A stretch of 64,000 nt of DNA from Lama guanicoe (Eukaryota): assembly GCA_013239625.1 (NCBI GenBank), contig MU056000.1, forward strand, positions 1,178,001 to 1,242,000, given 5' to 3'. Of this stretch, positions 37,280 through 48,285 are shown piece after piece. A model generated the notes under the pieces. It was not told where the DNA came from. It saw only the letters and a list, made by a program, of their open reading frames with translations, and searched no databases. The translations under genes and the position numbers were made by a program. Numbering within the stretch: the first letter of the stretch is position 1; every line of letters starts with the position of its first letter.

Positions 37280-37976
37280 GTGGCACTGAGGCTTCATTCG
37301 GGAACAGAGGAAGCACCTGGAGGTCTCTGGGAGCAAAGACAGGATAAGATTGTATTTCAGAAGCTTGAACTCTGTGACAGCTCATCGTGTCTCAGGACAG
37401 ACCCCCGTGTCCTCCACCTGCCTCTTGTCTGTAGAAAACCTTAGCTCTCTAGGCTTCTTCGAGTTCCAACGAATAAATTTAATCAGAGAAGTGAGAAAAC
37501 GCAGACACAGAGGAAAACAGTCAAGCAAGACAAACTAGTCATAGTTCAGCCATTAAACAGTCAAGGACCTTTAGTTGCTCCTCAAGGGCTGTGGGTAATG
37601 CTCTGAGCCTCATCCTTTGAGCTGTTCTGCGGACACCGAGGCCCCGCCAAGGGGAAGAGGCTGACTACGTGCTGCCCCCCACACGTGGACCCAGATCAGC
37701 TGGAACCAGAAGATGGATGATGCCGACGCCCGGTGACCTCCCCACCGACCACTCAGAACAGCGTCCACGAGCTGACCACGCCCCCCGCAGCCCCTCCTCC
37801 CCATCTTTAAACCCTCCCCTGAGAGCCGTGGGGCATTCAGGCCCTTTGAGCTCCAGCTGCCTGGACCCCTTGCTGGGCGCCTGCAATAAACCCTGCACTT
37901 CCCCTCACCACCACCTGGGGGCAGGAGGTTGGCGTTGCTGTGTGTGGTAAGTGGCTGCAAGTTCCACTCAGTAACA
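37280..37976 (+). mobile_element. ERV1-type solo LTR (cetartiodactyl MER41-like); 5' boundary uncertain
   Basis: aagtgagaaaacgcagacacagaggaaaacagtcaagcaagacaaa...gccattaaacagtcaaggacctttagttgctcctcaagggct; TATA-like ctttaaa near 37806, AATAAA near 37885 and terminal gtaaca. Confidence 0.65.
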
Positions 37977-39479
37977 AAACCACTAAGACACAGCGTGGCA
38001 GCTGCCTGGAGCTGAGGGGGAGGCAGGTGTGAGAAGACCTGAGAGAGAACTGCTGGGACACCACCTCCGTCTTCCTATTTTCATCCTTGGACAAAAGCAG
38101 TGTTGCCTAATAGAGAACCAGCAGGGAAACAGAATCGAGGCACAGTCTTACTTCACGTCCTCAAACAGATTACTCAGGTCAGAATGCCTGCAATCTGCTG
38201 GTGTACTTCTCATTCAGGTTCCAGAACAAACCGCACTGCTAAAGTCTGGACAGTGTGTGGTCAGGGAACGGTGCAGTTTACAGGAAAGAACTGCAGTAAA
38301 ACAGAATGAGAAGCACGGAAATGGGCTGCGTGCTGTGAGCTCCCCCACGGGGAGGTGGCAGGCGGGCTCTGCTGGCACTTTGACGTGTGTTGTTTCACGG
38401 GAATCTTGCGACAGCCCAGCGGGGAGCCACGCGGGGCCCATGCTCATGGCTAGGAGGGGTCAGAGCGCTAGGCCTCAGGCAGACTGTCCAGAGCCGGACA
38501 GAAGTGCCCACTCAGCATCCGCCCAGCAGCTGAGGCACCATCAAGGCCCCTGTGCTGCACACGAGGTTTGAAATGTTGATTTATTTACCAAATACTTGGC
38601 AAATGTTCTCTTTCCTTTCTGCTTCAAAAAATGTCATTAAAAGGGATTGGGCTCTGAGTAAAAATAACAGCTCACTTTGGAGTTTGAATACTTGGGGACT
38701 GTCGCAGCACATTGAAACTTTCTCCCTCCCTCTGTAGTCGCCCCTCCTTTGGCTCAGCCTTTCCCAGCGCTGCGGTACACTCAGGGTGCACGGTGGGGAG
38801 GGCAGACAGGCAGGCAGTGGAAGCAGTTACCACGCATGCCGTGTGAGATGTGGTCTCATGGGCCATGATCACGTGATTCATGGAGGTCACAGGACATGCT
38901 GGTGCTTAAACAGCACAAACCACACATCAGAGGTGCCTGCTCTTATGAGAGTTTCTCTCCCCCAGCCCTGTCACTGGGACTTCTTGCCAGATGTTTCCCT
39001 GATAAGGATGCTGGCTTTTTGCCACCTCTTCCCCTGGGTTTCAGGGCAGACACCAGCCACCTCCTTGACCTCATCCAGCGCTCCTTTTGGGCTTCTGTCC
39101 CACAAAGCCCGGGGGCCCCGCCTTCTCTCTCCATCTCTCTTGAGTCTCCCAGTCGGGCTCCTTCTCCTTTGGCCACTGAGTCTGCGTTTTATCCACAGTA
39201 GCAGCAGCACCTCCCACACAGCCAGACTCTCCCTCCTGTCTGGAAACTTCTGCTGGCTCCCAGGAGCCCCCGTCATTCACTGATGTGTTCAGCCAGTGTT
39301 TACTGAACTTCCCACCTGCATATCCACACCGTGCAGGAAGCAAACCCAAACTGCAACACTGCTGGGCTCTGGTTCCAGGTGGGGAGGCAGATACCAGGTC
39401 AGACAAGGAAGCTGCGGCATGTGTTGGGAGGGGACGGAGGTGGGTAGACATGGCACCAGGGGCAGAGCTGCCCTGACCT

Positions 39480-41062
39480 CTGCTCTCCTCTCCTTACTGG
39501 CAGTGTCAACTGCTTCTGGATTTTGGAGGCTCCCAGCCTCACCCTCAATGGTTTCAGTCCTTTGCAAGAAATTCAGATCTCCTTTATATGCAGATAAATC
39601 CAAAGCTGCATCTCCAGCCATGGACACCCTCCCCAAAAGGCAGACCCCCCCCACCTGTGCCCTGGATGACCGCTTCCGCAGGAAGTCAGCACGCAAAGCC
39701 CGTCTGTGCTGACCCGATCCCCACCTCCCTCCCACCCCTGCTCCCAGGCCCCGTCAGCCCCTCTCAGCTCACCGCAGGGCTTTCCTCCTGGCGGCTTGGG
39801 TCCCAAGCTTCAGATCGGTCTTGGCTTCTCTGCATCTCCGGAGCCCACATCCAGTCGACGGCCAAACTGCCGGCCCACCGTTCTCCCCACTCACCTGGTC
39901 TCAATAGCCTCGGCCCACCAGCACTCACCCAGAGCACTGCAGACTGTGCCGTGGGTCCTCTGCGTCTGCTCGTCCCCAGCAATCTGTCCCCCACCAGCAG
40001 CCAGGGTGATCCTGGAGAGGCCCTGCCCCTCCGGGTGAGAGCCAGCTTTGTGCTCAGTGCGTCCAGACCCACCATCTGCAGCTCCCCTCACCTGTCTGGC
40101 TGCTGCTCAGCTTCACTCACGTTCTTGGCCATGTCGGGTCCTTGCTGAATTTGGATGGTGCTCAGCATGGTCTCACACCCAGGATCTCCTTCTCCCCTCC
40201 ATGCTGGGCTTCTCTTCCCCCTGTCCCATTCCTGTCTGCTCAAATGTCACCTCCTCAGTGAAGCCCTCTATGGCTACTAGAATGCAAGTCTACTCCACCC
40301 TGTGGCTACTCCACCCCATGGCTACTCCAAAGCAAGTCTAATCCACCCCATGGCTACTCCAAAGCAAGTCTACTCCACCCCATGGCTACGCCAATGCAAG
40401 TCTACTCCACCCCGTGGCTACTCCACCCCATGGCTACTCCACCCCATGGCTACTCCACCTCATGGCTACTCCACCCCATGGCTACTCCAAAGCAAGTCTA
40501 CTCCACCCCGTGGCTACTCCACCCCATGGCTACTCCAAAGCAAGTCTACTCCCCCTGTGGCTACTCCAAAGCAAGTCTACTCCACCCCATGGCTACTCCA
40601 CCTCATGGCTACTCCACCCCATGGCTACTCCACCTCATGGCTACTCCCCCCCATGGCTACTCCACCTCATGGCTACTCCCCCCCATGGCTACTCCACCTC
40701 ATGGCTACTCCCCCCCATGGCTACTCCACCTCATGGCTACTCCCCCCCATGGCTACTCCACCCCATGGCTACTCCACAGCAAGTCTACTCCACCCTGTGG
40801 CTACTCCACCCCATGGCTACTCCACTTCATGGGTACTCCCCACCCCATGCCCCCCTTCCCTGCTTGGTGTGTCTCCTTGGCCCTTATCACCTCCCCATAT
40901 ATTCCATGGATTTGTTTCTTTGGTTCTCCCCACTCCCCATCTAACTGTGTGCCCAGCAATTTGCCCTCAGTTTTCCGCTCTGGTCACTTTACTCTGGAAC
41001 CCGTGAGCTGTTCTCCAGACACAGCGGCTGTGCATTCAGAGTGTGTCAGGTGAGTGGGTGAA
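39480..41062 (+). mobile_element. L2 (L2a-like) 3' portion interrupted by a minisatellite
   Basis: RT motif remnant LYADKSKAASPA (ORF 39296-39712; cf. LYADDSQIYISSP); ctgctcaaatgtcacctcctcagtgaagccct just before the array; cccttatcacc...tttgtttctttggttctcccc and a decayed gtgagtgggtgaa tail after it. Confidence 0.75.
40274..40850. repeat. 16-bp minisatellite, about 36 units, two unit types
   Basis: Units CTACTCCACCCCATGG (A, with variants) and CTACTCCAAAGCAAGT (B) parsed unit by unit in 16-bp register; one 15-bp unit at 40546. Confidence 0.97.
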
Positions 41063-43550
41063 AGGCATTCTCGTCCACTTTCCCTTCTCTCCCTTGCAGG
41101 AGCAAAATTTTAAACAACCTAATTTTCATATGATTAGTTCTACAGCTAAGAGCTCCTTGGGTTGTCTGTGCCGAGTGTGTATGCCCCTGCCTTCAGGGCC
41201 CACTCTCTACCCAGAGGGCTTCACTGTGTGCTTCCACAAAAAGACAGTTTCTCCCCTGCGGGCCTTCTGGGTGGGCCCCTGAGAAGGCACACAGGCGCAC
41301 ACGCTTGTGTGTTTGTCTCGGGAGGCGTCCCACGTCCGTGGAGTGGGCCTGCTAAACGCGCACTGCTCTGTTCCATGGAGAAGCTGAGGGCGCCGTCCAG
41401 CCGCTGGCCTGTCCCCTCACTGCCCCGTGTGGGACCCAAGTTGGCTGCAGCATCTTCTGTTTACACCTCCATCCAAGGAGCCCCCTCATCTGCTGCGGGA
41501 CCCAGTGTCACTGGCCATCTTAATCTGATCTGCCCTCTATTGTTGCCTGGGAGCCAAGGGGGACACAGAGGAAGAGGGTGACATCACGCCCCTCGAGCCC
41601 AGTGGGCCACCATCTGGGCACTGTGCTCATGGCCCGGGGGAACCCTGGACACACGGGAGGTCAGCAGGAGCGGAGAGAAGTCCGAGCTGTCACACCAACT
41701 GCCTCATCCACCTGGGAGCTCAGCTGCACCTGGGCTGCGGTCACTGCCCGAGACCACGAGTGGGGGCTCCGGCCTTCGTGAAATGGCCCACACAGCTGTT
41801 AAGGGGCTGGGAACCAGCCCCCGGCCTCCTTCTGCTCCGGGAGAGTCCATCTCAGCTGCTCGGGGCCCCACCTTCCTGACCCGGCTCCCGCCTGTGTCCA
41901 GGCCTCCCTCTCCAGGCTGCCCTCCTAGCGTGGCCAGGGTCCTGTGTGCAAAAAGCCATGTCTGATGTCCAGCTAATCCCCAGGGTGTGTGTGGTGCCCA
42001 GACCTGAGCCTCTGGAAAGCTGGCAGGTGAGAGGCGCAGGTGTCTGGGTCCGCAAGCACTCCTGTCGTGGAAAAGGAGATTTCAGTTCACCTCTGCGGGC
42101 CGCCTCCGCCTCATGACGGCTCCACCCCGTCTACTCTGTCTCGAGAGTGGCCACGGGGAGGCACACGCCTCCCCTGCCCTGGAGCCCGGCCACAGCCCTT
42201 CCTCCTGGGCCCCCAGGGCTGAGCCCCCTCTCTGCTGCTCGTGGCAGTAGGGGGGCCCTAAGTGACCTCCCCCTCGAGACCCTGCCTGCGGGGGCCTCAC
42301 AGATGAGCCTTTTCCCTAAGAAGTCAGGGAGATGCCTGCCTCCTTCCCCTGAATGAATGCTGGGGGTGACACTGAGACAAACAGGACGACCCGGCTCCGA
42401 GGAAGCCGTGCCCAGCGGGCACAGGCCCCGCGGCATGGGCAGCCGTGGAGCCGGGCTGGTCCGCCCGGGCCCGGGACTCCTCGGCTCGGACGCCACGGTC
42501 CTGCCATAGTCAGAGAGATGGTGGGTGAGGCGACGGGTCCTGCTCTGCGGCTGTTTCCTGATCTTGGACTATGTTCCGGAAGACACTTCACCTTTTCATC
42601 AAGATGGGGAAGCATGGTCACCCATGAATTGCTCTCATCTCTCACTTCACCGAAGTAAACGCTGACTGGACGCTGGCTCCCTGCTGGCGCTGCTGGACGT
42701 GCCGGGAACGCAAAGTGACCCATCTAAGCCTGCTTGGCCCCAGACGCACACCTTGACGTTAACGCCATCTCCCAAAAGACTGCTTATGCTTGAGTTTGCT
42801 GATGTCTGCACGTTAGGGTGGCCCACGTGCCTCCGCAGAGCCCGCTGCTGACAACCTGCTGGCTGTCCGACAGCCCCCACCTCCCAGGACGAGCGTGGCC
42901 CGCTCCCCTCCACGTGTGTGGGGCCCTCTGTCCACGTTTGCCAGCATCAGTGTCCCCAGGCCCCTGCCCTACATCCTCCTTACGGGGTACTGCTCCCACC
43001 AGCTCGTCCTGCCCTGGCGGTGCCCCCGGCCACGCAGCTCCCACCCGGCCCTCCCGCTGAGAACGCCGCGGACATACCCCTCACCGCGCACCGGGACCAC
43101 GCAGCCTGAGCAGCCGACGCCACTCGGACTCCGTCTGCAGGGGCTCCTGCTAATAAAACAAGACAGAAATGGGGACCGTACCACACCTGGTGGTGGTCTC
43201 TGCATTAGAAATAGGAGCTCAGTGTTGACCAATCACAGAGCGAAAACCCACAGATGCCCCCAGAGACGTGCCCGAGGGTGACAGGTGAGGCCCGTCTTCG
43301 GGGGAGGCCTCGTGGGGGGGAGCATCCTGGAGCGGGGACGCACCCCAGACGCCCGGCCTGCTCTGCAGGGGCTCCTGACAGCTGGGGCTGAGGGGGGCGT
43401 CCGTGCAGCTGAGGACAGGCCCCACGTGAGGGTGAACTCTCCCTAGTTCCCGGGAACGAGAGACCCCGGAGAGGTTCTGAGGCCTGAACAGTTACTGAGT
43501 CTCATCAGCGTAAGTGACTCAGATCATAAACGTTTCTGCCGTTAGGTCCC

Positions 43551-43884
43551 TGCTATGGTCTGAGTGCTCGTGTCCCCCAGATCCGTGTGTGGGGATCCTA
43601 ACCCCCAGTGATGGCGCTTGGAGGTGAGGCCTTTTGGTGGGGTGATCAGGTTATGGGGAGGAGCCCCGTGGATGGGATCGGGGTCTTCATACAAGACACT
43701 CTGGAGCTTCGTAGCCCCTCCCGCCCGTGAGGACGCAGGAGAACCTCTGAAGCAGGAAGGGCCCCAGCGCGCCGGCGCCCTGGTCTCGGACGCCCGGCCT
43801 CCCGAGCTGCGGGAAGCGCGCTCCGTTACTCATGGGCCGTGCGGTCGGGGGGGTTGGTTGCAGCAGCCCAAGGGGATAAGACTA
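43551..43884 (+). mobile_element. MLT1A-like MaLR solo LTR, strongly GC-shifted
   Basis: Starts tgctatggtctgagtgctcgtgtcccccag...ctaacccccagtgatggcgcttggaggtgaggcctttt; ends gcagcccaaggggataagacta. Confidence 0.85.
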
Positions 43885-44409
43885 CGTCTCTGAGCCTCTC
43901 TGTCACGCTTAGGGAGGAAGCCCCAAACTGATTGCTTGGAATTGAGATCCTGAGAACAGGGTTTGCTAGACACAGTTGCAACTTCGTTCCACCGATGCTC
44001 CCCGGGGGACGACCGGCCGAGGCCTCGGAGGTGCCTGGGTGGCCGGGGTGGTGGGGTGGGGCCATGGAAACGAATCGAGTTGGCCCCCGACACCCTCCCC
44101 TCCTCACATCCACGTGCTCTGGGGGCCCCTCAGCCCAGCAGGCAGGGTGCCGCATCTGACTGGATCCAGGGCTGAAGCCTTGAATTCAAATTTTCAAGTT
44201 CCGTTAACCCGAGAGGCACGCATCTTCGAAGCTCAAGCGTCGTGTTTCGGGACCTCTCGAATGTGGGTTCAGTCGCGTCTTCCAGCGGGGACCATGTCAC
44301 GGGGCCCTGTCCCCAAAGGTGGTCTCTGTGTGGGATGCCCCCGTGGGTGGTTGTGACCCCCAGCCCTGCACAGGGAAGGGATCAGGGCCCTGCCTTCCCC
44401 TCTCTTTCG

Positions 44410-44890
44410 CCCCCCCTTTTATTTCCCAAACAAGCTAAGAGATTTTATAATTCATCACCTGGCTGACAGATGAGTTCTGCTAGAGAATATTAGAAAATGT
44501 CTCAAATCTCATATATATGCTAATGGTATGCCGAGGCGGGTCGGCGCTGTGCGGGGTTTTAATCTGTCTTGGCCGGTGCGGGGAACGGACGAGACAAGTC
44601 GACACTCAACAATTTACGATCAAACAGCTGAGTCGTGAAGGAAGAAGGACACGCAGGAAGGGAGGGTGGCTTTCTGATTTAACAGCGTTGTTACTACAAA
44701 TAAAGAAATCCTGATTTTGACTGCACTCGACATTAAATGAGTTTCCTGTGCCCGGCGCTGCATTTTTCATTTGCAGATTCGGAGAAAGCGCCCCGCTCAG
44801 ATACCAGCGACAGATAAGGAAACGGCTACACGTGGAAATCAAACGTGTGTAACAAAGCCGTCTTCTGCTTATTAAGTAAACACATGTAGG
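44410..44890. promoter_or_regulatory. Strong candidate conserved developmental enhancer
   Basis: MEIS TGACAG 44464-44469; composite TTTACGA/ATCAAA/CAGCTG at 44613-44630; TGATTTAA; AGATAAG; FOX GTAAACA 44876-44882; non-repetitive. Confidence 0.55.
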
Positions 44891-46095
44891 TCGCGCCGTG
44901 CAGGCGGCGCTGACGATGCTTCGCGGCCTTCCTCTTTCCTGGCGGTCACGAGGCATCTGACCGAGCCACCATGCGTGCTGGGTCCCGGCCTCCGGCTTCT
45001 GACCTGCCCGCCGCCCAGGGCTCCGGCCGCTGGGATGTGCGTCCAGCACTGGTTTTGGCCCCACAGTCCCTGCCTCCACGTGTGATGTCACTACGTCGCC
45101 GTGAGCAGCATGGTCAACCTGGAGGGCGCACCGCTAAGGCTCGTCTTGCTGATGTTTCCATTCTGGAAACAGCAGGGCTGGAGCAGGAGGGGCGGAGACG
45201 GGGACGCGGTTCTGAAAGGCGAGGGACGCTCAGCTGGCCCCCCGCAGCCTGCTTCTAGAAAGGCCGTGACTGAAGCGCTCGCGTCCGGCAGGCCTGCTCC
45301 GGGGCGGGACCGCTCCCGTGACAGCTCCGCTACGGGACAGCTCTGCCGGCGTCCAGGGCAGGCTGCGGAGGGAACCGGAGGCGGGGGCGCAGGCGTGGGG
45401 ACAGCTGAGGCGAGAGAGGCCAGTTCAAACCTCGCGACGGGCGGGGGCTTCCGTGTTTACCAAGAAGGACCCCCGCCCCAGTCAGGCCGGCATCTGCGGG
45501 CAAGGCCATGGCGCGGGGCGAGGGGGCACTGCTGAAGCCGGTGCCCTCACGCCCCCTGTGGCCCCGTGGGGCTAACCGTCCAGCACACGAGTGACAGGTC
45601 GTCGTGCCCGGTGGAGAAGCGGGAGCAGATGGATTCCAGCGGCAGGAATGAGAAGCAGCGGGGCCGGGCTCTGTCTCCGGGAGACCTCGTGCTGTGCGGG
45701 AAGAAGGGCTGCGTCCCTGCTCTCCCAGATCACCTGAGCCACCTTTTCTCGAAGTTTCTAGCTTTTTGGAAGTCAGGGCACAAGTCAGTGCCAACATGGG
45801 GCGTACACAAGCACAAAGTCTTTCCACTTCATTCAAGTTTCAGTATAAACCCAGATTCCCGAATGCACTTTTACTGCTTTTTACACCATTGTCAGCTTTA
45901 AGTTTTTAATCTACCCGTCTATTTATTATCTATTATCTAGTTTGCTTAGCTCACTTTTTTTTTTTAAATCTCGCACACAAGCACCTGGTTCTCACTCAGC
46001 GCGGTTTGGTAAGGGAAGCACCGGGCTGCGCGCTGACGGATGCGGTGACCTCTTCCGCCGTCACAGGTTTAGCCCTGGGTCAGACGGGTCTGACG

Positions 46096-46300
46096 CAGTG
46101 GTTCTCACCTGGATGTGTCTTTGCCCTCCACTGCCCGCCCCCCAGACATTTAGCAGTGTCTGGAGACACTTTTGATTGTCAAAGCTGGGGAGAGGGTGCA
46201 CAGGGGACGGCTGCTACTGGCACCTAGTGGGTCAGGGGGCCCACTAAACACCCACACCGCACGGATGGCCCACATGGAGGAGGTGTCCGGTCTGACGGGC
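46096..46300 (+). mobile_element. MER20 (hAT-Charlie) DNA transposon
   Basis: cagtggttctca...gacatttagcagtgtctggagacacttttgattgtcaaagctgggg...tgctactggcacctagtgggt matches the recalled MER20 consensus. Confidence 0.85.
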
Positions 46301-46641
46301 AATGGCCTTGGGGCTGAGGGCCCCTGGCCTGGCGCACCAGCGTGGGGAGGGCCAGCAGGACTCGGGCAGGTAGTGGGTAGAGGAGCCGGCCGGGACCCAT
46401 AAGCTGTGCTCCCAGTGCCCCGCCCCTCCCCGGCGAGGTGGGACCATGTTTTCACTTCACTTCCCGGCTTGGCGGGTCCCTGACCAGACGGCCCAGGACT
46501 TCTGTTTTATTCTCCCTTTAAAGTAACGTGTGTCCTTGAATTGGTGCCGAAATGGGGGGTTGGATGTGGGGCAGGCGTCGGCTGGTGCTGGTCGCTGGAC
46601 ACAGAGGAAGCACAGGCCAGGCAGGCTGGTGGCCCCCAGGA

Positions 46642-46670
46642 GGGGCGTGGGGCGTGGGGTGGGGAGGGGG
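46642..46670 (+). other. Putative G-quadruplex (five tracts of at least 4 G) overlapping KLF/SP GGGGCGTGG motifs
   Basis: ggggcgtggggcgtggggtggggaggggg seen directly. Confidence 0.6.
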
Positions 46671-46769
46671 TGGCACTGAGCGGTGAGTCCCACTTATCCA
46701 GGTCAGTTGAGAACAATGACCTGGAAGATTTGGAGCCCAAGTCAGCCGTGCGGCGGAGAGCGTTTTCGG

Positions 46770-46960
46770 AAGGTGGTGTAACTTCTATTTACATTACACC
46801 GCCGCCCCGCTTGGAACTTAATTTCACGTCTCTTTTGTAAGCTATTTATTCCAGGAAACAGCGTTCTTATTGTACAGTTCTAATGAGGTGCTAGAGGCAT
46901 TTACAGTGTCAGCTTTTATTTTTGAAGAAAGAAGAAAGTGCCGCTTTAATCTACTACACA
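46770..46960. promoter_or_regulatory. Candidate conserved non-coding element
   Basis: Unique AT-rich block with TATTTAC, CTTAATTT, TTCCAGGAA (STAT/GAS consensus), TATTGT and CTTTAATC. Confidence 0.4.
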
Positions 46961-47899
46961 GTGAAAGTGCACGGACGTGCGGGAGCAGACACCTGGAGCG
47001 AGCTTGCTTTGTGCGCTAGGTCTGTGAGTGTGTGCACGCCTCTTTTAGAAATGTTTCTTTGTTTCTGAGCCAGAGGAACACAGCTGAGAGTGTAAGAAAC
47101 AGTCTCTGTTTGCTCTTTGGGGATGCGGGGACATCCCCTCCGAACAACCCCATCTCGCCGTGTCTGCGGTGTGGGAAGCGCGGGGCGGGGGGGGGCGCCA
47201 GGTGGTGGGAACGCCACCCCAGGTGCCGGCCGCACGGCAGGCAGGGCTCCCACAGACTTCCCAGCTTCTCGTTTAAAACCCTTCTGGAACTTTCCAGGCC
47301 TTAGAAGGTGGATCAGTCTGCTGTCTGGACACCCCAGTTGCCTTGTTACTTTCCTTAATTCAACCAGCTCCATCTGGGATGCAGGAGACGGCGCTCTGCC
47401 CTGAGATGACAACGTTTGTCAAGAGATGCAAGCGTATTCCCTACCGTAGTGTTCAGGCGGTAATTTGATGAATCCAGAGCCTGGCGGCTCCTTCTCTAGC
47501 TCAGTCCGCCTGAGGTCCTGGGTGATGTGGTTCAGAGCAAGGGTGAGCTGCAGGAGAAGGCAGTCATGTCCCTGTGACCAGGAATTCCAGCAGGCGGCTG
47601 CCCTGATCTTGGCACCAAGGGCTCGAAGATCAGCTGGTTTTTCCGTGTCCCTGAAGCCCTTCCAGAGTGGAGAGGCTGCATCCGACCCTCAGAGCATGTT
47701 CTGGGTCCCTCTGCAGACGTCCCTCCACGTCTGTCTCCTCCTGAGGCTCCATCAGGGCTAAAGAGAGCCCTCACGCAGGGGCTCCGGGGGTGAGGGCTGA
47801 GCCACGTCACACACGTGAGCGCTCAGCTGGCTGCTTGCCCGCGCCGGGCCGGGGCCGTGGCGTCACCACAGCTAAACGCTTCCCCTCATCTCCTTGTTC

Positions 47900-48285
47900 T
47901 CTTTTTTTGTTTGTTTGCTTTAAAAAAAGCATTTCTTGACTATTTAGATATCAGAGAAAAGTATAAAAATAAAACACATGAATATTCCATCACGGTGAAT
48001 ACTAACACATCTTTTCTCTGCAAAAGTAAAAACATGTAACCGTTATAAACGTTGGAATGAACTCAAGTTAATGTTTTGCTATCACACTTCTTCCATTTAA
48101 CGTAGTAACAGTGGCACTTTCCTGTTTTACTGTTGGGTTTGAAAGTATGATTCAAAAATAATTGTGTTTCACTGAATCCCGTGGATGTTCCATAACTTAC
48201 TAAGCGGCCTCGACGTCTTCCGATTTGATTTGTTGTCAGTTTTATCAGATGACACAATTCTGTGATGACCGCCCGTGTGTATTCA
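47900..48285 (-). mobile_element. L1ME-type 3' end, antisense
   Basis: cagagaaaagtataaaaataa; ttttgctatcacacttcttccatttaacg; gtggatgttccataacttactaagc; ttctgtgatgaccgcc. Confidence 0.55.

Noticed and set aside
40274-40850. CRISPR-like array
   Set aside because: Contiguous tandem units with no unique spacers, no cas genes, and a mammalian context.
40302-41053. Three overlapping repetitive ORFs (MATPPHGYSTPWLLHP repeats, 176-234 aa)
   Set aside because: They follow from a stop-free 16-bp tandem unit read in all three frames inside an L2; no promoter or splice evidence.
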